Sequence record: SRR31156797_8344
Length of the DNA stretch: 51,222 bases
Reading direction: 5' to 3' (one strand)
Position numbers and translations under genes: made by a program. Under the pieces are notes generated by a model. That model was not told where the DNA came from, did not search any database, and saw only the letters and a program-made list of their open reading frames with translations. This document shows, one piece after another, positions 30,140 through 39,528 of this stretch (position 1 is the stretch's first letter; the number at the start of each line of letters is the position of its first letter).

Positions 30140-30685
30140 ATGAAAAAAGCTTTAGTAATTATTGATGTCCAAAATGATTATTTTAAAGAAGGAAGAATGG
30201 CCCTTCATTCCCCTGAACAGGCGCTTGCAAACATAAATAAACTAGAAGCGTCTTTTATCGAAAAGCAACTCCCGATCATCTATATCCAACACATCAACGA
30301 TCAAGAAGCAGCTGATTTTTTTGAACGAGGGACCAAAGGTGTACTGCTGCATGAACAGTTAAAAACAACGCATTCTTCTATTATTATCGAAAAGCACTTT
30401 CCTAACTCCTTCATTGAAACAAATTTAAAAGAGACGTTAGACTCTTTAGGTGTTCAACAAGTTATCATCACTGGGATGATGACGCATATGTGCATCGATT
30501 CAACCACAAGAGCTAGTAAAGAACTCGGTTATCAGCCCATACTGATTTCTGATGCCACGGCAACGAAAGCATTAACATTTGAAGCACACGAAATTCCTGC
30601 GGAAGCTGTTCAACGAGCGTTTTTATCGGCGTTGGAAACCTTCTCTACGGTGATGAAAACCGATGACTATTTAAACGGATTGTAG
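30140..30685 (+). CDS. Cysteine hydrolase (isochorismatase family)
   Basis: ALVIIDVQNDYF, EKHFPNSF, GMMTHMCID triad motifs. Confidence 0.9.
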   Translation: MKKALVIIDVQNDYFKEGRMALHSPEQALANINKLEASFIEKQLPIIYIQHINDQEAADFFERGTKGVLLHEQLKTTHSSIIIEKHFPNSFIETNLKETLDSLGVQQVIITGMMTHMCIDSTTRASKELGYQPILISDATATKALTFEAHEIPAEAVQRAFLSALETFSTVMKTDDYLNGL

Positions 30686-31010
30686 AAAAATTGCGTATTT
30701 ACTAACAAAGGCAACGTTCATTTGCATTGAGTGGTTCTTGATCACTCTTTGAAATTGGCGATCCTATCTCATTCCGCTTCAATGTTTCTAAAAAAAATGA
30801 ATGCCCAGTTGCGTACCCACCAATTATACTGAGCTGATTCCTCAAAGGATGCATGCGAACCAATTACGCACCAACCCATACAAAAGCCAAAAACGTTCGA
30901 GGATTTCTCTCGAACGTTTTTTGGGCATCAAATTGGGCGAATCGGCGAAACTATGGTACAGTGCAACCAAACAAGGAGCGAGAGCCGCTCCTTCATGAGA
31001 CAAAGGGGCA

Positions 31011-31934
31011 ATGGTGATGAAGCAAACAACGATGGCGTGGCTGTCAGAAATCTATAATTTGATCTTGCATCCTGGCACGAGACAGTGGGAACGAGAACAA
31101 CTGGTGCAAGCAAAAAATACACTGGAAACTCAGCTGGCGACCAAACAAAAAGCAGGCAAACACGAAAAGGAATCGTTAAATAGCCTTGAAGACCAACAGA
31201 CCAGACGGGTTTTGGAAAAACTAGAAGCGTCGTTGCGTCCTTTGGCACTGAGAAACAATCTGACCCCGAATGTCGCCGAGTTTTATCAAACAATCAGCCA
31301 GCCAGCACCGAAAAAGGCAATGAATGAAGAAACAAGCAAAGCCCAACCAGCAGAAGTTTCCGTGGAGCCGACCGAAACAGGTGGAAAAGCACAAGAAGTG
31401 GCTATTTTTGCTGGCGGCTGCTTTTGGTGTATGGTAGAGCCTTTTGAAGACCAGCCGGGCATTCTTTCCGTTTTGTCGGGGTATACTGGGGGAACAGTCC
31501 CGAATCCGACGTATGACCAAGTACTAAGTGGAACAACAGGGCATGTCGAAGCAGTAGAGATCATTTTTGATCCCAAAATCATCACCTATCAGGACTTGTT
31601 ACAGTTGTATTGGCAAGTGACAGACCCGACAGATGCTTTCGGACAATTTCAAGATCGCGGCAATTTTTATCGTCCAATCATTTTCTATACGACTGCTGAG
31701 CAAGAAGTGCTTGCGCAACGAGCCAAAAAGGAACTAGCACAATCTGGTTATTATCAGCAACCCATCGTGACCGAGATCCGTATGGCTGCACCCTTTTGGC
31801 CAGCGGAAAACTACCATCAAGCATTTTACAAGAAGCAGCCCAAGCGCTACCAGCGGATCAAGCGAGCGCGCAAGCAACTGATGCTTTTTTATAAACTGAA
31901 ACGCTGGATAAACCGAGGGGAAAAACGATCATAG
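31011..31934 (+). CDS. msrA: Methionine sulfoxide reductase A with an N-terminal helical domain resembling bacteriocin immunity proteins
   Basis: AGGCFWC, GYTGG, GHVE, GQFQDRG, AENYHQ; extra ~120-aa N-terminus. Confidence 0.9.
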   Translation: MVMKQTTMAWLSEIYNLILHPGTRQWEREQLVQAKNTLETQLATKQKAGKHEKESLNSLEDQQTRRVLEKLEASLRPLALRNNLTPNVAEFYQTISQPAPKKAMNEETSKAQPAEVSVEPTETGGKAQEVAIFAGGCFWCMVEPFEDQPGILSVLSGYTGGTVPNPTYDQVLSGTTGHVEAVEIIFDPKIITYQDLLQLYWQVTDPTDAFGQFQDRGNFYRPIIFYTTAEQEVLAQRAKKELAQSGYYQQPIVTEIRMAAPFWPAENYHQAFYKKQPKRYQRIKRARKQLMLFYKLKRWINRGEKRS

Positions 31935-32279
31935 GCAGAAGATACATCAAAAAAGCGGGGCTCCGAGAAAAGGCCAGAGGATCAAATGAAGGCTCTTTTC
32001 TCCACAGGCCGCGCTTTTTTCTGCGCGTTTAGCCAATTGGATAAAAAACGAAGATTTATTTTAGAATAATGTCCAAAGAAAGCGTTAACAACAAGAATTA
32101 TAATAGAGAAAGAAAAAGTGGCGAAAAAGGTCGAAAAAGCAGGTTCCTTTTGCTTGGTTCCTTTCTTCGAGGAAAGAAGGTGGGAAACACCAGAGAAAAA
32201 TCAGCGGAAAAATCAATCAGCAACACCCCATAGCAACACAACATTTATTATATGAAGATTCATATAAGTTAGGAGAAAT

Positions 32280-33644
32280 GTGATGAAAAAAAAGGGAACG
32301 TTCGTCTCACTGTTTATGGCTCTCATTCTTTTTATCTTTTCAGAAAGAACAGTGTTTGCGGCAGAAGCGATCAATGAGATCGTTGCACCAACTGGAGTCA
32401 AAGCATTTTTAGTACTGATTCCGTTAGTGTTAGTACTGGTTTTACTCTTTAAAAAAGTAGATATGATCATTGCTGGCTTGATTGCTGGGATATTGGCGAT
32501 GATTATTGGCGGGATCAGTTTAGCTGAAGCCAATTCGCAACTGTTGGAAGCTATTCCGACGATGTTGAGTATTACGGTGCCAATCATCAATTCCGCTGTA
32601 GCGATGGCGGTCTTCAAAGCGGGCAGTTATACGGCGGCCTTAACCTTAGCCAAAAGAGGGACCAAAGGAAAAGTGGAATATGTGGCTGGTTTTATTGTCA
32701 TCTTATTGGCAGCAGCGACTTATATGTCTGGGATCGGCGGCGGGAGTGCAATGGTGATCGCACCGTTAGCATTTGCGGCAGTTGGGGTGGTACCCGAATT
32801 GATCGCAGCGATGTCGTTGGCGGCAGCTGTCTCCTTTACGACTTCTCCTGCCTCTTTGGAATCTAGTATCGTGTCTGAACTAGGCGGTTTTAGTGTCGCT
32901 TCTTACGTCGATCAAATGCGCCCATTTTGGTTGTTATTCGTTGGTTTGGCGATTTTATTGGCATTCTTCGGGACCAAGCGTCGTCATCTAGGATTCAAAG
33001 AATCAGCCAACCAAGAGTATGAAAACAAAAGCAATGGCGAGTTGTTCAAAACGACACTGCCTGCGATCTTCTTGCTTTTTGCGGTCATCTTTGGTCCGTT
33101 GATCAATGACCTGATCGGCTTTGTCCTCTTTACACCGCTAGTTTATATGGTGGTCACGTTGGCGTTGATTTTTGTTTGTACCGACTTTTCGATGAATCAA
33201 TCGGTGGAAGCGATGGTGGACGGATCCACGTATATTTTGACCCGCTTGTTCCAAGTGGGGATCTTTTTAGCCTTCATCAACGTAATCGCTGAAACTGGGA
33301 CGTTTGCTGTAATTGCAGGTGCGGCACAAAATGCCCCCGCAGCGATCGTCGTTCCCGTGGCGATCTTGACGGGTGTCTTGATTGGGATTCCCGCGGGTGC
33401 CTATGTCGGCTCCGTTTTAACATTAGTGCTACCAGTTGCCGTTTCATTAGGCTTCCCAGTGTTAGCACTTGGCTTTGTAACGATGGGGGTTGGCCTCGGC
33501 AGTCAAATGAGTTTCGTCAACATTACGATGCAAGCTTTATCTTCTGGTTTCCAAATTCTGATTCTGGATGTGGTCAAAGGAAACGTGAAGTGGTTGAGTT
33601 TAGCAGCCGTATTATTATTAGTCATCGGCTTAGTGTTTGGCTGA
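32280..33644 (+). CDS. Multi-pass membrane transporter, substrate unknown
   Basis: 454 aa with many hydrophobic segments; co-oriented 16 nt upstream of the deaminase. Confidence 0.75.
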   Translation: MMKKKGTFVSLFMALILFIFSERTVFAAEAINEIVAPTGVKAFLVLIPLVLVLVLLFKKVDMIIAGLIAGILAMIIGGISLAEANSQLLEAIPTMLSITVPIINSAVAMAVFKAGSYTAALTLAKRGTKGKVEYVAGFIVILLAAATYMSGIGGGSAMVIAPLAFAAVGVVPELIAAMSLAAAVSFTTSPASLESSIVSELGGFSVASYVDQMRPFWLLFVGLAILLAFFGTKRRHLGFKESANQEYENKSNGELFKTTLPAIFLLFAVIFGPLINDLIGFVLFTPLVYMVVTLALIFVCTDFSMNQSVEAMVDGSTYILTRLFQVGIFLAFINVIAETGTFAVIAGAAQNAPAAIVVPVAILTGVLIGIPAGAYVGSVLTLVLPVAVSLGFPVLALGFVTMGVGLGSQMSFVNITMQALSSGFQILILDVVKGNVKWLSLAAVLLLVIGLVFG

Positions 33645-33660
33645 TGGATAGGAGGAAAAC

Positions 33661-34884
33661 ATGGATTTATTGATCAAGCAAGCACGTCTTGAAGACGATG
33701 CAGAATTAGTGGACATTGCAATTTCAGAAGGAAAAATCACCGCAGTTGCACCCAACATTGAAGAATCAGCAGCAAAAACGATTGAGGCGAAAGGCAAAGT
33801 GGTGATCCCCGGATTGATCGAAAGCCATATCCACTTAGACAAAGCCTTGATTGCCGATCGTGAACCTAATAATTCAGGTACATTACAAGAAGCGATCCAA
33901 GTTACGGCAAAACTGAAACCGACTTTTACCGAAGAAGATATTTATGATCGAGCGAAACGTGCATTAGAAATGCTGATCGTACATGGCACGACTGCTGTTC
34001 GCACCCATGCCGAATTTGATCCGGCGCAAGGCTTCACTGGGTTTGACACCATCATGCGCTTAAAAGAAGAATACCGAGACCTGATCGACATTCAGGTCGT
34101 TGCCTTTCCGCAAGAAGGAATTTTTAAAGCACCCGGAACGGATAAAATGATGATTGAAGCGATGGAGAAAGGCGCCGATGTCGTTGGCGGCATTCCTTAC
34201 AATGATGCGCCAGCCAATAAACACATCGACTTGATCTTTGAGATCGCCAAACAATTTGACAAAGACATTGACTTGCATCAAGATTTTGCTGACGAAGCAG
34301 ACGATACATCGATCGTCTACCTGTGTGAAAAAACCATCGCAGAAGGCTACCAAGGTCGGGTATCAGTAGGACACTTGACTGCGCTGCACGCCATGGAACC
34401 GGATCAGCTGGCAGAAGTCATCGATTTGATGGTCAAAGCCCAAATCAATGTGATGCCGTTGCCTGCGACCGACTTGCACTTAGGTGCTAGAAACGATGCC
34501 TACAACGTTCGCCGTGCCGTGACGCCGATTCGCAAATTACGTGATGCTGGTGTGAATATCTGCTTAGGCAGCAACAATATCCGAAACGCCTTTACGCCCT
34601 ATGGCAATGGGGATTTGATCCAAATCGCTATGCTGGCTGTGCCAGTGGCGCATTTAGGCGGCGCCGATGACTTGCCGACGGTCTTGCCAATGATTACGAC
34701 CAATACCGCCAAAGCATTAAATATCAAAGACTATGGAATCGCTGTTGGCAACCGCGCAGATTTGATTCTTTTAGATACCAAGAGAAAAGCCGATGTGCTG
34801 ATCGATATTCCTGAACGTTTAATGGTCATCAAAAATGGCCGCATCACCGTGGAAGTCAAAAAAGAAGTGACGATCCACCGTTAG
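33661..34884 (+). CDS. Metal-dependent amidohydrolase, cytosine/creatinine deaminase-like
   Basis: HIHLDKA, RTH, VAFPQEG, GGIP, DLHQD, VGH motifs. Confidence 0.85.
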   Translation: MDLLIKQARLEDDAELVDIAISEGKITAVAPNIEESAAKTIEAKGKVVIPGLIESHIHLDKALIADREPNNSGTLQEAIQVTAKLKPTFTEEDIYDRAKRALEMLIVHGTTAVRTHAEFDPAQGFTGFDTIMRLKEEYRDLIDIQVVAFPQEGIFKAPGTDKMMIEAMEKGADVVGGIPYNDAPANKHIDLIFEIAKQFDKDIDLHQDFADEADDTSIVYLCEKTIAEGYQGRVSVGHLTALHAMEPDQLAEVIDLMVKAQINVMPLPATDLHLGARNDAYNVRRAVTPIRKLRDAGVNICLGSNNIRNAFTPYGNGDLIQIAMLAVPVAHLGGADDLPTVLPMITTNTAKALNIKDYGIAVGNRADLILLDTKRKADVLIDIPERLMVIKNGRITVEVKKEVTIHR

Positions 34885-35130
34885 CAACAGGTCATGCTTT
34901 CTTAAGTAGTACGATTTATTCGTGCTGCTTTTTTTGTTGTAATATAGTCGAAATGAAAAAATCATTTTCTAGTCATTTGTGCTTTTTTCATCTATGATAG
35001 AAAGAAAACCGCTATCACGGAGAGTTCGTGTAAGAAAATCCTGTCAAAACTGTTTGACAATGCCGTAATATCAATGGATTTGAGCAGAAATCACAGCAGG
35101 TCTGCGTTAAGGTAGGAGAAGGAGGCCAAG

Positions 35131-35538
35131 ATGACGATTGGGGAAGCACTAAAGAACCATCGAGTCACACAGCAAATGAGCCAAGAAGAAGTAGCAACAA
35201 AAATTTTAGTGACCCGCACATCGATCTCAAATTGGGAAACCGATAAGACGGTACCAGACAGTTTGAATTTATTGAAACTGAGTACCCTTTATGGGTGCAG
35301 TGTCGATGAGCTATTAAAAAAGGAGCGAGCAGGAATGAAAAAAAATTTTCGTACGATGACCTATGGTGCTGGATTGAAAGACGGAACGATGCGTTTGAAA
35401 ATCGAGACTGATGCCAGCAAGTTTTTCCCACGAGGGGTGGAAGTCAAAGCATCCGTCGATTTAGAAACAGGAGAAGTGACTTTTTTTGTCAAGCAAGAGA
35501 ATTTACAAAAGCTGAAAGCAGCCACCGACGACAAATAA
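35131..35538 (+). CDS. XRE-family HTH regulator with C-terminal extension
   Basis: MSQEEVATKILVTRTSISNWETDKTVPD; AAGGAGG RBS. Confidence 0.85.
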   Translation: MTIGEALKNHRVTQQMSQEEVATKILVTRTSISNWETDKTVPDSLNLLKLSTLYGCSVDELLKKERAGMKKNFRTMTYGAGLKDGTMRLKIETDASKFFPRGVEVKASVDLETGEVTFFVKQENLQKLKAATDDK

Positions 35539-35745
35539 TTTTTTTATACAGTTTTTTGCGGAATTTTGCTTGGACAAGAGAAAAAAAGCGATGGATAAAA
35601 AAACACGAGCCTAGCTGCATCGTGTTTTTTTATGTGGGATGAAAGAGGGATGAGGCAATCGATGGAAGCTGATTCTGTTTTTTCTTGTCTGCTATTTTCA
35701 AGATTTGTAACGATTAAGGAAAAGCGAAAAGATGTAAACGGCTAT

Positions 35746-35802
35746 ATACAATATATAGTGAATAGATCGATTTTTATCAAAATGACGCACAATATGTAGT
35801 GT
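35746..35802. promoter_or_regulatory. Tandem NrdR boxes
   Basis: ATACAATATATAGTGA (35746) and GCACAATATGTAGTGT (35787), 41 bp apart, upstream of deoxynucleoside genes. Confidence 0.75.
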
Positions 35803-35860
35803 TTACTTTTTTAAGGGATTGTGTAAAATAGCAGATGTAGTGAAGAAGGAGCTGTTGTTT

Positions 35861-36439
35861 TTGAGAGTAACTGTATGTTGCGGCACCCATTTAGAAAATG
35901 AGAAAAAGTTGGCAAAGACCGCTCGTGCCATCGGCAATGCCTTAGCAAAAAATCACATCGAGTTGGTTTATTGCGGCCCTTTGGCTGGCTTGATGAGGGA
36001 GATCGTGAAAGGGGTCTTTGAAAAAGAAGGCGCAGTGACGGGGATCTATCCATCAGGTTCCTTTGCAGAAGATTTGCCGCCAATTGTCACTGGGTCAAGC
36101 ACATACACTGAGTTCTATACGGATACGAGGGAGGAACAAACGCAACAATTGCTGGAAATGAGCGATGCCTACCTTGTATTACCTGGTGGATTTGGTACAC
36201 TAGAGGAGTTGTCATCAGCATGCTCTTTTATGACTCTTGGGCCATTATCAGGCAAGCCGATCAGTGTGTTGATGACCGAAGGCTTGAAGGATGGACTGAA
36301 TCCGCTGCAAACTATGTTCGAAGCTTCCAGCTTTGCTTGGGCTGAACTGCCGGAACCGCTCTTTGTCCTATCTGACGTTGAGACGTTGATCCAGCGATTA
36401 GCGGAGAAGGGTTCAAAAAAGGAGTGCTTGGCAGGATGA
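35861..36439 (+). CDS. LOG-family (TIGR00730-like) protein, divergent
   Basis: LPGGFGTLEE motif; TTG start at 35861 behind AAGGAG. Confidence 0.75.
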   Translation: MRVTVCCGTHLENEKKLAKTARAIGNALAKNHIELVYCGPLAGLMREIVKGVFEKEGAVTGIYPSGSFAEDLPPIVTGSSTYTEFYTDTREEQTQQLLEMSDAYLVLPGGFGTLEELSSACSFMTLGPLSGKPISVLMTEGLKDGLNPLQTMFEASSFAWAELPEPLFVLSDVETLIQRLAEKGSKKECLAG

Positions 36440-36875
36440 AGCAGGTCTATTTAGCTGGACCGTTTTTTTCAAACGAACCAATCGCACGACTCAAGCAAGC
36501 AGAAAGCAGTTTAGCTGAGGACCCGCAGCCCTTGGCGGTCTATGCGCCGCGCTTGTATCAAAAAAGTTCATCTGAACCCTATACACCGGAATGGGCGAGA
36601 GAAGTTTTTGAAAAAGACATGCTGGAATTGACACGAGCCGACGTCGTCGTTGCCGTTTTGGATTACCATGAAGGAATCACTGATCCGGGAACAGCCTTTG
36701 AAATCGGCGCAGCACACGTACGAAATAAACCAGTGATCGCTTTTCAGGAAAAGCCGCGGCGGTCAATCTGATGTTGACGGAGTCGGTGCAAGCGTATTTG
36801 ACTGATCTGGCGGCACGAACAACGTATGATTTTGAAGAGATGGCGCACCGAGCATTTGTCGGTGACTATATTTAA
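36436..36875 (+). pseudogene. Nucleoside 2'-deoxyribosyltransferase, frameshifted
   Basis: VYLAGPFF and DPGTAFE in one frame; VNLMLTES...YDFEE...GDYI* continues in the -1 frame after about 36750. Confidence 0.8.
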
Positions 36876-36885
36876 TAAAGGATGG

Positions 36886-37596
36886 ATGAATGTGTTATTA
36901 ATCGCAGGTACGATCGGGGCAGGAAAAAGCAGTTTGACTGATTTTTTATCGAAGGAAATGGCGTCGAAGCCTTTTTATGAAAACGTGGAGGACAACGATG
37001 TTCTGCCATTGTTTTATTCCAATCCAGAACGATACGCTTTTTTATTGCAGATTTTTTTCTTAAACAAAAGTTTTTTAGGGATGCGGGAAGCGTTATCGAA
37101 TGATGACAATGTCATTGACCGCTCCATCTATGAGGACAGTTTGATGTTTCATCTAAATGCGGATCTAGGTCGAATCGCACCGATGGAGGTCGAACAATAC
37201 GATAACCTGTTGAATACGATGCTGCGGGAATTGGAAGAATCGGCGCCGTTGAAACATCCAGATTTAATGGTTCATATCAAGGTTTCCTTGAATACGATGA
37301 TCGAACGGATCAATAAACGTGGTCGTTCCTATGAACAAATTGCCAATGATCCGACATTGTACGACTATTACAAAGAATTGAATCAGCGATACGATGAATG
37401 GTATGAAAACTTTGACGTTTGTCCGAAAATGCAAATTGATGGGGATCAATTGGACTTTGTTGCCAATGAAGACAACCTCATGGTGATCCTCGAGATGATC
37501 CAAGAAAAATTGGCAGAAGTCCGTCAGACCCATGGCAAAGGCCACTATTGTACAGACAAAGCCATCGCAAAAGGTGATTTTTCCAAGAAAAATTAA
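36886..37596 (+). CDS. Deoxynucleoside kinase
   Basis: AGTIGAGKSS P-loop, DRSIYED, RINKRGRSYE; start at 36886 or 36892. Confidence 0.9.
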   Translation: MNVLLIAGTIGAGKSSLTDFLSKEMASKPFYENVEDNDVLPLFYSNPERYAFLLQIFFLNKSFLGMREALSNDDNVIDRSIYEDSLMFHLNADLGRIAPMEVEQYDNLLNTMLRELEESAPLKHPDLMVHIKVSLNTMIERINKRGRSYEQIANDPTLYDYYKELNQRYDEWYENFDVCPKMQIDGDQLDFVANEDNLMVILEMIQEKLAEVRQTHGKGHYCTDKAIAKGDFSKKN

Positions 37597-38243
37597 AGCA
37601 GAGAAGCAACCGATGAATCTTGCCAGTTGGGTGAAAAGCAGTCTTCCCTGTCAGCTTTTTTATGATTAATCGAAGTGCTTGAAAACGGCGATTTTACAGG
37701 ATTAAAGAGCAATCCTTGTTGTCAAACCAATTATTCAATGGCGTTTGCAGTAAACAAAAGGAAATTGGTCAGCACCGAAGACGCCGTTTTCGGTGCTTTA
37801 GTGTTTCAATTATCTATTGAGAGACATATTCGCGCCAGACACCAGTAGCAAAGGCAATGACTCGTGTTGGTGTATCAAGAGTCTGTCCATTGTGGTCACT
37901 AGGGTGAGTTACTAGCTGATTGAGTGCATCAAGTGTTATTCAAACGGGTGAATGCTGCGAAATACTAATAGTTGATACAATCACCAGCACTTCATTGAAG
38001 AATATTTTGCCGAAAAGTAGAGAGAGTCGCTTGTAGTCTATTGCCAAGCGAATGCTTCTCTTTTTTTATTGGTAAGGGCTGTTTAGTGTGAGCGTTTGAT
38101 TTGATCAAGGGGCATCGTTGCGAGGATTTCACAAAGTTTCTGAAAAAAATTTGCATATTCATCTTTTGCTTCGTATACTAGTTTAGGACGTTGCTTATAA
38201 AACGGCTGTATCATCGTACATATTTTTTGATAGGAGGAATTGC

Positions 38244-39293
38244 ATGAAAGACAAACGAAAAGTCTTGCGTCCGTTAGGATCAGGGTTTGCGATGGCGGTT
38301 CCTTTGTTTATAGGGATCCTCGTTCAGGACCCTTTGATAAGTTCTGTGGGGGCGATGGGGGCTTTTTCCTACTTGGCTTTTCAACATCGGTCCCTTTTTT
38401 ATAATCTGCGCGCCATTTTGACCCACGGCGCTGCGCTGCTGCTGGCATTTATTTTAGGCGCTGGGACAGCACTGATTCCCTGGAGCGCACCTTTTATCAT
38501 CGGTGCGTTATCGTTTTCTGCGTTTTTGTTGTCAAAAGTGATGCGGATCCCCAAGCCCGATTATTTCTTCGTGTTGATGCTTTATGCCACCGGCTTTAAT
38601 TTTCACGCAGCGCACCTTGGAGAGATCTTTCACCACAGTTCCTATTTGCTTTATGGCATCGCAGGCTCACTGCTTGCTGGACTGGTGATTTCGTTGGCTG
38701 AACAGCTGCCGTTGAAAGAAGAAAAAACGGCCTTTCAACAACTGAGCTTGCACGAGAAATATTCGCTAGCATTATCTCAGCAACCAGAAATGGTCATCAA
38801 GGCGCTGCACTTTTCTTTGATATTGTTCATTGCGACCTACATTGCCTATCTGTTGCGGGACAGCAACGGGTATTGGATCTTGATTTCCGCTGCTGCCGTA
38901 TTGGCAGGGGAACATATGGAAAAAATCAAAAATCGCACGATCGGCAGGGTACTGGGAGGAATCGTAGGGCTGCTGCTGGGTTTCTTATTGATGTCCTTGC
39001 ATATGCCCCTTGAAGCGATCGCAGTTGTCTTGATCATTCTAAACATATTGACGGAGTTTTTTATGCCAGTCAATTATACCGTTGCTAATTTCTTTACCAA
39101 CCCACAAGTCCTGCTGTTAATGACGATCGGTACTAGTTTTACGCCACTGAAATTGATCCCATTGCGTTTTTCAGGGGCATTGATTGGCAGCGTGCTGGCA
39201 ATGCTGTTGATCTTTCTAATGGATTGGGCAGTAAAGCAAATGGAGCAAGCGCTGGGAAATAAGCAAGAAGACACGACGGATCAAACACAATAG
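38244..39293 (+). CDS. FUSC-family membrane protein
   Basis: GYWILISAAAVL, RTIGRVLGGIVG; many TM segments; AGGAGG RBS. Confidence 0.8.
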   Translation: MKDKRKVLRPLGSGFAMAVPLFIGILVQDPLISSVGAMGAFSYLAFQHRSLFYNLRAILTHGAALLLAFILGAGTALIPWSAPFIIGALSFSAFLLSKVMRIPKPDYFFVLMLYATGFNFHAAHLGEIFHHSSYLLYGIAGSLLAGLVISLAEQLPLKEEKTAFQQLSLHEKYSLALSQQPEMVIKALHFSLILFIATYIAYLLRDSNGYWILISAAAVLAGEHMEKIKNRTIGRVLGGIVGLLLGFLLMSLHMPLEAIAVVLIILNILTEFFMPVNYTVANFFTNPQVLLLMTIGTSFTPLKLIPLRFSGALIGSVLAMLLIFLMDWAVKQMEQALGNKQEDTTDQTQ

Positions 39294-39484
39294 AATGCAC
39301 CATCATCGATAAGCAAGAGCAGCTGCTCTTGCTTTTTTTGCATCTGATTCTCTAGCTAAACGTTTTCTCCATCGGATAGGAAAAATAAGGAAAATATGAA
39401 ATAATCGAGCAAAGATTCCTATTTCGAAATAGAAGCGTTTACATTTTTGCAAACTAAAGTGGCAGAAACATCTACTTTTTTTGT

Positions 39485-39498
39485 TGTAAGCGAAATCA
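39485..39498. promoter_or_regulatory. Putative cre site
   Basis: TGTAAGCGAAATCA; second site TAGAAGCGTTTACA at 39430-39443. Confidence 0.65.
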
Positions 39499-39528
39499 TA
39501 TACTCAAATCAGAGAAGGAGAGAAAGTT

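Noticed and set aside
30801-30998. 65-aa ORF and imperfect repeat CCARTTRCGYACCMACC
   Set aside because: No RBS, overlaps a hairpin and the msrA promoter; two degenerate copies do not make an array
32179-32195. T-box element
   Set aside because: GGTGGGAAACACC does not match GGTGGNACCRCG and no terminator follows
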